Source: Felis catus (Eukaryota). From it: DNA of 64,000 nt. The position numbers were made by a program, and so were the translations under genes. Shown here one piece after another: positions 49,361-62,954 of this stretch; positions within the stretch are counted from its first letter, which is position 1; each line of letters starts with the position of its first letter. The notes beneath the pieces were generated by a model. It did no database searches. It was given only the letters and a program-made list of their open reading frames with translations, and was not told the origin of the DNA. Where the stretch lies: assembly GCF_018350175.1 (NCBI RefSeq), contig NC_058368.1:46254001-46318000 (forward strand), written 5' to 3'.

Positions 49361-51144
49361 AGCCTATATAGGTTAGATTGTGACTTAGGTTTAATGCAAT
49401 GGGCTTGTAGGAAGTATTGTTTTACCCTGTAAAATAAACACGTTTAATGACTATTACAAGCAATACACAAAATAAACATTTGCTGCTATGGAAGAACAGG
49501 GTGGTTTGTACTACTATTACAAAGCTATTTGTTGGCCATTCTTGTCAGACATTTAAGACTTCCTTTGAATCAAAATCTTGTCTTCTCAGTGAAGTCTTCT
49601 GGGGCTGGCTATTACTTTCAGGTTTAAAATATGCCTAAGGCTCAACCCTTCCACGGGAAGCTTAAACTTTGACTATTATATTCATCTGGTATTAGATCTG
49701 TTATTAACATCTGTGAGATAGTTTCATGAGATTTTTAGAACACTCTCTTTCATTCATACTTCTAAACAGTAAATAGCCATTTAATAATTATAAATAAATA
49801 TGCATGTGTATTTAACACTATTTCTTTTTTGGGGAATGTTACTTGCTTTCAACCACATTCATAAAACCCATTTACTATAAATTCATCAATATAGAAGATT
49901 AAAATATTTTTGGTTACTATTACATGCATCACTCAACTAATTTGTAAAGAGACGGTAAGATGTTAAAGTAGTATTGTAGTAATGTAAGTGTATATATTTG
50001 CATTACACATACCTGATAAAATAATTTAAATATCTTGTAATTAAGTAAGATATTAATTATGTTTTAAAAATATAAGCTAAATTAAGTATGTATAGTTACA
50101 AATTCTGAAACCAAATCATTTTCTTTTTTTTTTTTCTTTTCCACTTCAAAACACCTTGAAAAGTCACCAATTATATTTTCTTGGAACTGAGGTAGAAAAG
50201 TTGAAAAGACTTTGATAACTCAGATGGCATGAGGATGCCATAGCAAATCAAAGGTGAAATAGCATCTAATTTGAGTCTAAGTGACTAGTCCCTGAAAAGT
50301 TGATTTTTTTCTTCTTTAATAGTCCTTCATCATTGAATACGGGAAACAATTACAATGAGAGGCTTGTGAGCACAGAGTCTTTGCCACTGGGCCCTCATAA
50401 ATCTTGCCAGTTCCCAGTGAACAACACCAAATATTTGCAGCTGAGGAACATTTGGTCTGGCTTAAATTAACATATCTCAGCAGTCAGAAGTCATTAAGCT
50501 TTGCCAATGATTTGAAACAATTTTTCCATTTCAAAAGCAACATTGGCTTTTACTTATTTTTCTGGACAAAGAAGGTAGTAAAAACGAAAACAAATGACAT
50601 GAAGATAGAAGTTACTAAGGACAAAAAAGATTAAGGTCTTTGAACTGCATTCGGTAAAATTTTTTAAAAGATCCCTTAGCTCTTATGCATATAATCAAAT
50701 GATTCAAGATGATACACATCAATTATATGGCAAACAATGATTCAAGTATTAGAATGTAGATACAGTTTACCATTAAGTCTTTGTGAATGTAGGCATTATA
50801 AATTGTAAAGCTGATAAAAAATTTCATGAGAAAGAATAACACAACACTTCAATTAAAGTTTTCAAGGAGATTAAGCACAAAAAGACAGAAATATGCTGAT
50901 GTATTTCCCAAAACTCAGTTCTGATACAGAGTTCATTCCAGCATAGGAACATGAGCAAATTGAATAGAGCAACTCAAAAATTGTACCAGGGAGTATTTTA
51001 AATACACAAAAATAAAGTGAATAGATTCAGGTAAGGAGGGGACTGGAATTTAGAATTCAAATCAATCATTCCTATTTATGTTAATTCATCAACTGTGTGG
51101 TATGGCCTTCCTTCAATGCGTAATATTATTTCTGAAAAGGCAGG

Positions 51145-51350
51145 TTTTAGAAACATAATGCTTGATTTCAATTCCAGTTTCCCTGCAGGATAGTTGTGTC
51201 AACCTGAACAAGTCATTTAACCTCCCAGAGCCTCATCTGTAAAGTAAGGATAATAATATCCACTTTGCAAGTCATTGTGAGGATTAGAGATGTTGTAGGG
51301 AACTAAGTTTCCCATGCTCAATGTTCTATAAATGGTAGCTCTTGATACTA
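51145..51350 (+). mobile_element. MIR
   Basis: aacctgaacaagtcatttaacctcccagagcctcatctgtaaagtaaggataataata...ttgtgaggattaga...gctcaat. Confidence 0.75.
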
Positions 51351-51936
51351 ATATTTAAAAAAAAAAAGTTAAATTAGTGTCATTCCCATAGCATGTAAAT
51401 TCTTACAGTCTCACATGTAGTGAATCTTATTAATTGGCAACCATACAGCTAAGAGACCTTTTATTATAATAGATAATGATAACAGAAATGTATATGCTTA
51501 CCACAGAAGAGTGGGAATATGGAAATAGAGAGTGAAGAATAAATAAAGTATTCATTGTGTGCCAAGAGCTATACTAATTTTATTGTTAGGTGATTTCACT
51601 CAGTGCTGCAAACAATATTTGATTTGGATATTTCCATTGGTGTATTACTGTACCACTCATAAGTGAGGCAGTTGGGGTTTAGAACCAGATCCACCTGCCT
51701 TCAGGTCTGTGTTCTCTCTCCTATGCTTTGCTGCAGGAAAATGACTTTAGAAAATATTACTAAGATTTCAGAAACCTTTGATATATAATTTGGTCAAAGG
51801 GTATAATCTACCTGCATCTGTATATCGCCACTCATTTTAAATGCAAATTGAGTCAATCATGACTCTTTAAACATATTAATTGAGATTATCCAGTTTCAAA
51901 CAGTCTGCATTCTGCTTATAAATATTTTGGATTCTT

Positions 51937-52147
51937 GGGGCGCCTGGGTGGCTCAGTCGGTTAAGCATCCGACTTCAGTTCAGGTCATGATTTTGCGGTC
52001 CGTGAGTTCGAGCCCCGCGTCAGGCTCTGTGCTGACAGCTCAGAGCCTGGAGCCTGTTTCAGATTCTGTGTCTCCCTCTCTCTGACCCTCCCCCGTTCAT
52101 GCTCTGTCTCTCTCTGCCTCAAAAATAAATAAACCTTAAAAAAATTT
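51937..52147 (+). mobile_element. Can-SINE (feline type, CpG-rich)
   Basis: GGGGCGCCTGGGTGGCTCAGTCGGTTAAGC head; imperfect TSD (ATTTTGGATTCTT / ATTTTAGATTCTT). Confidence 0.94.
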
Positions 52148-53778
52148 ATAAATTATTTTAGATTCTTTCCAAAGATCCAAATTAACTAATTCATATTGAA
52201 GAAAGCAAACATTTTGGAAAACAAAACTTGCCGTCCAATATTTTAGCAAAATGGCCATTAGATGGTAAGCAATTAGGATCCATCAATAAACTCCAATTTA
52301 TAAATACTCAAAGAAAAAGATCCATATACAGATCTTTTCTGTCAAATTAGGTAGTAAAGAACAATATTTGCATTACGTTGGCTCTTTCTCTGTGCAGATT
52401 TTCTTGAAAGATCTTTGAAATATAATTAAAGCATATTATATGAGATAAATACAAAACAATGGAAAGATGGAAACAATGAAGTAGTAAAAGTTTGAATAAG
52501 TCACACAACACAGTCAGTGAAAACACATAATGGTTTTTGGATCCTTATACCTTGGAACAATGAGGAAAAATTAGTGTTACTTATTTTACTGTTTAGAGAA
52601 GGGTCTGCAACAATGAAGAAAATTCTCCTAGTGCTACATTATCAATTCTAGTTCATGATATGGACTTGCAGAAAGGGACAAACAAGTTTTGACCATTGCT
52701 CCTATGTATCTTTGTTTATTCTATGATTTTCTAACTCACGTGGAACATTGATTTAAAACATATTTTCTTCTTTAATAATATCTGAAGGTTGTCCTACATT
52801 CTTTACAGGAAGTCAAATAGATTTTTTTTAAAGTTACTTAAACTTTTACAAGAGGTTACAACATCTTTCTAGGGAAGAAAAAACAGTTGGCAGAGAAGCT
52901 CAAAGGGGAGGAGGTGAGCTTGAAGTCCCTTCATCAAGTCACTTGTCTCTAGGTTGCCTACTGGAGCCACCTTCTCAGTCTCATGTCTTCTGTTTTCTCT
53001 TGTTAAGTTATGGATCTCTAATTACTTCGTAGAGGAAAGAGAAAAGAGAGGACAAGCAAATCATACTTCCTATTCATATTGTAGTTAAAAAAAGCCAAAT
53101 CCTTAATATTAGAAATTAATACTTTGACATCGCAGTAAGTCAAATGAGGGATATTCAATAAATATTTATTGAGGAGGTAAACATAACAAGATAAAGACTT
53201 AACTCATATATTTCATATATAAAAATAATTTTCATTTCATCTCCATGTGAATAAAAGAAAAAAAAAGAAAGAATTTCTCAAGATATTTCTAGGCTGGCTT
53301 TAGATTATCATTTCTAGGTTTTATTCGTTCCCTATGATCAACACGAGTGGGGAGGACAGATGGAGATGGTAGGAGGTGTAAAGTAAGTTAGAAAAAAATA
53401 TAGATATAATAACAATAACAAAAATAAGGTAATTATGTTTGATAATTATTAGGAAAGAAGTACTTCTAGCTTTTCAGGAAGAATTATGTAGTTTAATTAT
53501 AAGTTTTATTTGGATTTTATGCTATATTTATTATGTATGTAGAGATATAAATTGTTAAATTCACTCATATCAGAATATAACTGAATTTCATATACACTGT
53601 ATTCGCAGGTTTCTAATGAAGAAAGTGCTAGGGAGGAACTTATAACTTTACAAAGAACATATATTTGTCTTTGCAGAAACACTTGGGATTGGAAGAAAAA
53701 GTCAAATGCTAATTCACAAAGAGTTTATAAAACTATGGCTGAAGACATCTAGAATGAATTCTGAAACTCAGTAACCTT

Positions 53779-53818
53779 TTATGTAAGTTCCTTTTTAATG
53801 TTTATTTATTTTTGAGCA

Positions 53819-53872
<54 letters not shown>

Positions 53873-54042
53873 TACATGCATATGTGAGTGGGAAAGGGGT
53901 AGAGAGAGAGGGAGACAGAGGTTCCAAAGAGGGCTCCACACTGACAGCAGAGAGCCCGATGTGGGGTCCAAACTCACAAACCGCAAGATCATGACCTGAG
54001 CCAAAGTTGGACGCTAAACCCACTGAGCCACCCAGGAGCCCC
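53779..54042 (-). mobile_element. Can-SINE with long (GA)n
   Basis: TSD-like CTGAAA(C/T)TCAGTAACCTT on both sides. Confidence 0.92.
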
Positions 54043-55691
54043 TGAAATTCAGTAACCTTAAATGAAAAGCACAAAGTAAAACTCTGTCTAATAAATTCAA
54101 CTTGTATAATGAGACCATCAATTTACTTATTTATTTATTTATTTTTATGAGCTCAGAAATAAAACTCGGCCTATTAACTCTTGAAATACTAAAACATACA
54201 AAGAAAGGAATGACTTAAAAAAAAACAGCCCCCGATACATAAATGCAAAGCTAACGTTATGGGAAAATGAGTTAAATTTCTAAATTTAATGGTTTTAGGT
54301 AATTTTGTTATAAACATTGTCATTTTGTGTGCTTGTTTGTTCTCAGAGATGTTGTACTCAAAACAGCATGATAAGATGGAAAACAAAGGCTCTTTGAAAT
54401 GCCTGTCCCATCACACTGAGTTTTTAGGTATCACTCTTAAAATGAATATAGTAATATATTTTATAGAGTTTTTTTGAGAAAGAACCATAGCCATATTAAC
54501 ATAAATTTAAATGCATACTCTGGCACATAGTAGGTATTCAATGAACTCTTGCTGTTATTACAATGTTCATTTTCCTCATTCATTCAGAAAGCAGAAAATA
54601 AGCTAGTCATATTAGTGAATTACTTTTTATAAGTCCTGTGATAACAAAATAATGATAAAGTTTGAGCACTGAAAATTGTTTGAGCACTGAAAATTGTTAA
54701 GCCTTTAGATTTTTATCATTTTGGAAAGACAATTTAGTTGACAATAGTTCTTTGGGGTTTTAAAACATATTGCATTACTAGAATATAGTATTAAAATCTA
54801 ACACTGCAAGACAGTTTGAGAAAAAGATATATCTCATTTCTGTCTAAGAATTTGTTTTAATTTTAGAAACACTGGGGAGAGAGGAAAAAGAGTAAAGAAA
54901 ATATAAAATTTATAGACCAGATTAATTTTTCAGATATTCATACCCCACATTTTAGCATTTAACTATTTACATGTTAAACTGTTCCACCAAAAGCAATCTA
55001 GAAGGGTTTCTCCAACATCACTTCAGAGAAGTAATTGGAAAATCTTTACCAAAGTAAAACTAATCTATCTATCCCTCACCGTTGATCATAAAAAGTTTGT
55101 GCTATTATGAAAAGAATGAGCTATTGAGGAGAACTGAATGAAAAAGAAAAGATCTACTGTATTCATATGCTTAAAGATTCCTGGTTTATAGTAGGCATTT
55201 CGTAAATACTCATTGACTTATTTCCAATTTCTGTAACTGACTGAATCATGAGAATAATAACAGCTTCAAGAAAAAGAACTTGTGTCTTAATAATCGATGA
55301 CAAGTTCTAATTATCTCTTCCATTTTGATTTGCTTTAGTATCTTAAAAAAATCGGGATACATGTGATGATAACAAGTTATATATGAATATATTTCTCCAT
55401 TAATTTTATTTTTAGGAGTCAAATGAAATTTTCAGGTTATGCCTAATTTCAAATAATATACCACATTTTCCTGCATATGGGACACAGGATATTTAAAAAA
55501 ATTAGTGACACGTGAACCCAAGAAGCACCGGGGGATATTTTTATCCAATTACAAACAACATGTTTCAAAATAAACTACTTTTCACCAGTAAACCACTGTT
55601 TTTAGAGGGACTTGCTGGAAATTTTGTTTAAATTTTTTTTTGAAAAAATACAAAAAGCAATTATTAATAACATTTTAAAATGGTTAGTACA

Positions 55692-55890
55692 GAGCTCCTG
55701 GGTGGCTCAGTTGGTTAAGCCTCTGACCAGCTCAGATCATGATCTCACAGTTTGTGAGTTCAAACCCCACTTCGGGCTCTCAGCTATCAGCATATGGAGC
55801 CTGTTTCTGATCCTCTGTCCCTCTCCCTACCCCTCCCTTGCTCTCTCTCTCTCTTTCTCTTAAAAATAAATAAACATTAATTTTTTAAAG
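55692..55890 (+). mobile_element. Can-SINE
   Basis: cctgggtggctcagttggttaagc; TSD-like TTAAAATGGTTAGT on both sides. Confidence 0.9.
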
Positions 55891-57662
55891 TTTAAAATGG
55901 TTAGTGTATAATGGAAAGCTTTTCAAACCATGTTTTGTAAGATTGTTTTTCAGAATTTTTCCTCTATTTCCCTCATCAGTCCATTTGGAGGTCAACTTTC
56001 AAGGGCATAAAAAACGTCTCATATGTAATTCTTTCTTTGTCAAATCTAAAAATCGGCATGAGAAAAGAAAAAGAAATGTGATAGTGAAACTTGAATCTGT
56101 TCAGAGAAAACTCCACCGCTTATTTGCCCACTATTCCTCGATGCTTTAAGTTAGGCCTAAGCACTGTAACATGGAAATCATTATATAAACTTGGCCATAA
56201 TTACGTGAAGCTTATATTAAATTCTAATATGCCACTGTCTTTCTTTCCGACATTTTTCAATATTTTATACAAGAAGAAGTTTGACTTTTCTCTCTGTTTA
56301 GTACTAGGAAATTCTCTGCGTCTATGTACTTATTCGGTCATCTGTCTCTTGCTCTCCTCTCTCTCAAACATTGTACAAAATGTGTTGGCATCCAGAATAA
56401 AAGAGTGCTGAAGACGAAGCGCATCAGCCTGCATATTTTTCACTGGTCTTTCAACAAGAACCCTTTCTGTTTTCTCCCCACCCCACCTCCAGTGGCACTG
56501 ACAGAGAGACTCACATAAACACACTAGAAGCTTGGTCAGGAAATTAGACATCTTATCTTTGGGTCTGCTAAGTAAGGACCAATAACCTAGGGCTGCGGCA
56601 CACTTCATAATAACTGCCTTTACAAAATGAAATTTTGACTTCTTCACAGCTTAGCTACAAGAAGACAGTATCAGTAGGCCTGCATTTTTGTGCAATATGA
56701 GGGGTAGTAAAAGATTTCAACATCTGACAGGGGAAAATGAACAACTGGTAAAAAATCGTTGAAATGTTCTCTCAATGCAATGCAACATTTTTGATGTTGA
56801 TTTACATTTTTATTATTGTTTACTTTCTTGGTAGACTGAAAGTATACTAAACACAGAGCACATAAGTTGAAAGAAGAATACAAATATCCACAGCAAAAAA
56901 GGACCAGATCTTAAAACAATACAAACAAACAAACAAACAAACAAAATCAACAAACAGGTACTTGTTTATAAGATCTAAAATCTAACTATCCTTGTTAATT
57001 TACCTGTATACTTACTTTGCTGAAGATTTGGAATCACTAAGTACTATTTATTACCTGAAGAATATAAATAATAAAGGAAAAAAAATTCAAGTTCTTTGAA
57101 GTTCTACTTGTAAAATTAACCAAAATATCAACATCAGATATTTTAGCTTCTAAGGAGTGAACAGTTTTTGATGGTCCTCAAAGTCAGGAATTAGGAATTG
57201 CAACTATGTGAGAAACAAAAGAAATGAAGAAAGTGTCCAGATTTTAATATGAAAATATAAAATAATATTCTAAATCTTAGATTAGGAAAAAATCTTCTGA
57301 AAGAGGCGGGGATGATTGAAGATAAAGTAATGTTTATGATAATAAAAACTGTAAATTCCATACATAATTCCACATATAATATTATAAAAATATTAAAGTT
57401 ATAACTCATTTTAATAGTATATATACTATAATGCTTTTGAAATTTTAGATAAATCATCCAGATAAATTCTAGATATTTTTTTTCATCTAAAGACATGAGG
57501 AATAACAAGCTTGGAAAAGGAATTTTGACTCCCCAGCTCCCAGAACAACACTTTAGATATCTGAGCATCATTACGTTACTATCAACTAGTACAGCCTAAG
57601 TGTAAATGTTTTATGTAATTTAGTAAAGTTTACAATGTAGGAAAATAACATTTAGGAAACAT

Positions 57663-57870
57663 GGGGTGCCTGTGTAGCTCAGTCAGTTAAGTGCCTTGTC
57701 TCTTGATTTTGGCTCAGGTGATGATCTCACAGTTCGTGAGTTTGGGCCCCACGTGAGGCTCTGTGCTGACAGAGTGGAGCCTGCTTGGGATTCTCACTGT
57801 TCTCTCTCTCTTTTCTCCTCCCTCGCTCTTTCTCTCTCTCTCAAAAATAAATAAACATTTAAAAATAATA
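57663..57870 (+). mobile_element. Can-SINE
   Basis: ggggtgcctgtgtagctcagtcagttaag head, (CT)n, AATAAA tail. Confidence 0.9.
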
Positions 57871-58039
57871 GTAATATTTAGAAAACCAAGCTTACCATTA
57901 TCAATATATTAATATTTTTATTATAACAGACATAATAATGTATAATGCATGATACATAAAAATTAGTATAAGAAAAAAATGAATAAAATTTAGCCTAAGA
58001 AAACATTAAAGAGGTTTTTATTTATTTATTTATTTTTTA

Positions 58040-58487
58040 GAAATAAATTTATGCTCCTTTCACTCATTTCCCATTTCTCCCACCCCCATCCCCTTTCCCT
58101 GCCTCTGGCAATCACCAATCTATTACTCTCTGTATGTATGAACTAATTTTCCTTCCTTCCTCCCTTCCTTCTTTCCTTCCTTCCTTCCTTCTATCCTTCC
58201 TTCCCTCCCTTCTTCCCTCCTTCCCTTCCTCCTTCCCTCCCTCCCTTCCTTCTTTCCTTTTTGATTCTATACATTAGAGAAATGATGTGGTACTTGTCTT
58301 CCTGTCTGACTTACTTCACTCAGCATAAGGCCCTAACTATATATCTATAATTTATATATCTATATCTATATTTGTATCTATAATTTATATATCTATATCT
58401 ATATTTGTATCTATATCTGTATCTGTCTAGCTATCTAGCTACCTAATCTATCTCACAACTTCTTTATTCATTCATCTATCAGTGGAC
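58040..58487 (-). mobile_element. L1 3'UTR fragment carrying (TTCC)n (58149-58260) and (TATC/TA)n repeats
   Basis: cctctggcaatcaccaatct...tggtacttgtcttcctgtctgacttacttcactcagcataag...ttctttattcattcatctatcagtggac. Confidence 0.75.
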
Positions 58488-58509
58488 CAATTTAGTATAA
58501 GAAAACATT

Positions 58510-58628
58510 TTATTCTTTATTCTTTTATTTTTTTTTAAATTAAGTTGTCTCCATGTCCAACATGGGGCTTGAACTCAAAACCCTGAGATCTAGTCACGTG
58601 CTCTACTGGCTGAGCCAGCCAGGTGCCC
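58510..58628 (-). mobile_element. Short tRNA-derived carnivore SINE (lacks the CT-rich body)
   Basis: catggggcttgaactcaaaaccctgagatc...tgagccagccaggtgccc; TSD-like TATAAGAAAAC. Confidence 0.85.
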
Positions 58629-60269
58629 TAATATAAGAAAACTTTAAAGAAGTTTTCTTATAGACATTTGGTTGTATTTTTAGACCTTATACACATAATA
58701 ATGGGCACAAAGATGTAAATTTTCTTTACAAAAATTAAGACTTCCAAATGGTTTGTCATGAGCTTAAGAACCTCCAAATAACATATTAGTAATACTTTTT
58801 ATTGCAACCTGGAATGCTTTTATTAACTAAATAATCAAAAATAAAGGAGAGAAAGTGATTATCAAATTTTGATGAAATAATGAGATTTGGAAAATTTCAT
58901 ATGGAAAGGAACACAGTAAATTTGCCTTATTTTACATACATGGTAAATTCTTTAAGAGGTTCTGTGCGTTAAAAAAGGTTAAAATTACATCAGATGAATA
59001 TCTTTTTTTCACCAAGTCAGTGCCTTGATGCAGAGTATACTTTGCGTGAAAATAAACAGGCAAAGTGTAATGAACACTTGCATGGCTTAACTTATTCATG
59101 CAGATTTTAACTTATTCATGCAGACTTTATTTACTTTATTGAAGTCAAGATCACTAATCTTCACTTTATATATCTCTGATAATTTCCCCAAATACATTAA
59201 ATGTTTGTGCAATTTTATGACAATGGAAAATATTTGTATAAATATTCTGAAGATTCAAAAAGATACCTTAAGATTTGTTGAAAAAGTGTCTTGAACAATG
59301 GATTAATGTTTTCTCCCCAGTTGACTAAACTAAATGGAAAACATGCATTTAAATGCTTACGTTTTAGTTTGTTGGCTGGTTTCTTTGGGAAGAAAAGAGT
59401 GAAAGAAAATTCTGCACCAAATTGGGGTAGAAAATGGTAAACATATAGTATTTTTGTTTGAAGGACTAATGCCTATTTGTAAAACTATTTGTTTTGTTTG
59501 ATAAAGAATTTTATTTGCTCTCATTCACATGTAAGTGATTAAGAGGAATGTATTGATTTACTCCTCCTAAACTTTATTCTAGTAAAAATTTAACAAATAC
59601 AGATGCAACTAAACATCCCTTAAAATAGTACAACTGGGAGTCTAATTTAGGTAACTTTTAAAAAGTCAGAAATGCATTCAGAAATGTCACAATTTAAAAC
59701 ACTTAAAATTATAAATGAAAAAATATATCATTTATATATATGATAAATATTTTATATATGTGTTTTATTACACATATATATATAATTTGCTCATTGGTTT
59801 CCAATATTTTTAGCAGGAAAAATCTTTTTGCAAGCGAAATTTCATCCCTAAAGATCCAGGTTAAAGGATTAGTCTATGAAACACTGTGATCTCTTTTCAA
59901 TCTATTCTTGAGACATCCTCTCCTCTCAAAACACTAGGGCTTATTGTGAATACTCAGAAGACTACTTACCTAGAGGCAGTGTGCTCTAGGAAACACAGCA
60001 TATGGTGAAAAGAAAGACACTTCTCAGTAACTGTACCTTGAATGCAGTTTCTGCTAAGTGGTTACAAATGTAAGTGTTTTACCTTTATTGTAATGGTGTG
60101 ACCAACTTCATTTGTCATAAAGTTTAAGCATTACAACATGGCATTCATTCAACAAACACTTTGGGTGCTTTGCCTGTATGGTGGTTCAACTGCATGGTGG
60201 ACTGAAAATGATAACCAGGGTGGACTTCACAAATAGCTCACACATCAGTGTAAGACACACTGATTCCCC

Positions 60270-61150
60270 TTTTTCTATCACCCTTGTCTGCAACGGCAAA
60301 TCCATTAGCACCACTCTAAACAATCTATTTCTCTTCATTTAATTGCCAACACTCTAGTCAAAGCCACCATCATTTCCACCTCTACTATCTAATTGCCACT
60401 TAACTAGTTTCTTCCTCAATTTTGATTCCCTACCCAATTATATATTTGCAACACACAAGCCAAATAGAATTACATCATTCTGTCTCTTTTTTTTTAAGCT
60501 TTTGTTTTTAAGTAATCTCTGTACCCAACATGAGGCTTGAACTTACAACCCTAAGATCAAGAGTCATGCATTCTACCACCTGAGCCAGCCAAGCACCTCT
60601 GTCATTACCTGGTTTAAATCTTCAGTGGATGTTCACACACTACAAACTTCTCATCACAGAATACAAAGACCACCATGATTTAGTCCCTCTCTACCTTCAT
60701 GACTCCTTACACTTTTGTCTACCTTAATCTTTATGATCCAGCCACCAGGTTTCATGTCAGGCTTGTTCTGCTTCCGCCCTGAGAACCTGCTGGTCCCTTT
60801 GCCTAAAATGTCTTCCCTACAACTCCTGGACTTCCCATGGCTGCTAGCCCTTGCCCTGTCATTAAGTCATTAGTTCAGATATCACCCCAGAGAGGCCTCT
60901 CGGGACTGCCTTGTGATGCTGTGCCCTATTCCTATCACATTATCCCATTAGGTATTGCTTATAGTCCAAAATACCATCTAATATTCCTTCATGTGTTAGC
61001 TTCCCAATTTATTGTTTACTTGTTTATTATAGATCTGTCTGATGAGAATATAGCTCCATGAGAGCAGGACTTTGTCAATCTCTTTCAACTCTTTTCCCCC
61101 AGAAGCTGGCACCATGCCTGGTCCTCAGGCTTCAGTGAATATTTATTGGT
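60270..61150 (+). mobile_element. LINE-2 3' region, interrupted by a short SINE
   Basis: tctagtcaaagccaccatcatt...agctccatgagagcaggactttgtc...ctggcaccatgcctgg...tgaatatttattg. Confidence 0.75.
60487..60598 (-). mobile_element. Short tRNA-derived carnivore SINE
   Basis: ggcttgaacttacaaccctaagatcaagagtc...ctgagccagccaagcacc. Confidence 0.85.
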
Positions 61151-61370
61151 AAAAAGAAAGGGAAAAAAGAGGGAGGAGGGAGAAAAAAAAGAAATTTCCA
61201 AAATATCCGTTATCACAATGTCCAGTTCTATACAAAAATAAAGTCTTCAACGGCTCTTTTATTCTTTTTTTGATGCCACCTTGAATATACCATAATAGAT
61301 TTATCACACTACACTTTACTTTTGCCTCATGTTTGTTTTTCTTATTAGAAATTGTTCTCCTTGAAAGAAA

Positions 61371-61702
61371 GGGAAGATGGTGGTGAAGTAGGGGGACCCT
61401 GGGCTTGTCTCCTCCCATGAACACAACTAGATAACTATCAAGTCATCCTAAATACCCCGAAATTGACCCCAAGACTGACAGAACAAACTTCACAACTAAA
61501 GGAAGAGAAAAGGCCACATCAAAGAAGGTAGGATGTGTGGAGGGGAGACAGGGATCACTGGTCTGTGGACGGGAGGGAGCCATGGTTGAGGAGAAAGGAG
61601 AGATGGAGAGAGAAGCACATGGGGGAATGCACAAAGAGAATATTCCCCCAAAGCCATTGGCTTGGAAAATATGAGTTCTTGCAAGCAGCAAGGCTTAAAG
61701 TC
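61371..61702 (+). mobile_element. Carnivore L1 5'UTR-like fragment
   Basis: Begins GGGAAGATGGTGG (YY1-type AAGATGG start), followed by cctcccatgaacacaactagataactatcaa...ccccaaagccattggcttggaaaat, recalled as carnivore L1 5'UTR; flanked by a 21-bp imperfect direct repeat. Confidence 0.65.
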
Positions 61703-62954
61703 TAGAAACTGTGCTCCATGAAATGCCCTGTATCTCCAATATCTGGTACGATGTTTGATCCAGAGTAGCTGCTCAATAAACATTTGCTGTTTTCTAGAAA
61801 TGCATAGAAAAGTAAATATTTGTATATTTGAGATATATATGTATATATATACATTTATTCTTTCCCATTAAGTTCTTTCTACTGAAATCATAAATACATG
61901 AGCAATACTGACATTTTCCTTATGAGTTTAAATATAACCCACAAAAATGCGACTCATTTTATGCATCAGAGATATACCAGCCTCTGAATTTTCACTGAAC
62001 CCTTTCCTACTTCTCTGGACCTGCAAACATAATCACCCATAAACTGGAACTCACATTACACTATTGTTTCTTGACCTTTAAAGCTATATGCCCCACCCCA
62101 GGCCACTGCTTTTAAACATTTCTAGTCGATTGTTTTTCATGGCTAGAGAATGGAAGGTATTAAAATAATATTAGGTTCAAAAAAGATAATTATTTGAACT
62201 TATAAGATGAGATGTCTAAAAGCCATCTCCAATTTCATCATTTCATTAGGAAGGTGATACATGAGTGTAGTACTATGAGTTTTTTGTTTTGTATTGTTTT
62301 GTTTGTTTTCCTCGAAGGAGAACCACTTCATGTGAAAGTGACTTTATTTGTTGTATTTGAAGAAGCAGGACTAGTAAATGAAACCTTGAAAGGTCTTCCC
62401 TATATATATAAAAATTCTGAGGAAAAGGATTAGGGAGAGCACAGCTAAGAGACTGTGAACTCAGGCAAACACTGACTCTTCGTTTACACATAATGACATA
62501 ATTCCTACAGTAAGTTAGGTTGACATAATTAAAGAACAGTGCAACTAGGTTTGGAAGGAATAGAAGTATTATTTTTCTTACTATGGTAGCTTTTAGTTCT
62601 CTGATGTTACTAAATAATAGGAGCAGTGTAATTCCAGAAGACCAGCCATAAACCCTACAGTGGGCCATAAAGCTCTCTAATGTCCAAATAGAGTAAATGT
62701 GCTACTAAAAATCTAACAAGAGAGGAGGTACCCATGAAGATGAATCCTGAAAAAACTGGATTCATGTGGATCATTTCTTTAACACTAGATCTGTTGAAAA
62801 AAATGTAACCTCAAGTGTTAATAAAATCAACAGGTTTAAATACTCAAACCTTCACATGAATTTCCTCAGGGGAGCACTGAACATCAACTTGAAGGAGTTT
62901 CTGAAGATCTTTAGGAAGTACAAGCAATAGTTACCCAGTGTTTAAAAACATCTT

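Noticed and set aside
58540..58628. tRNA gene (also 60520-60598 and SINE heads)
   Set aside because: A/B-box-containing tRNA-derived SINE heads with A-rich tails and TSDs; too diverged to form a cloverleaf.
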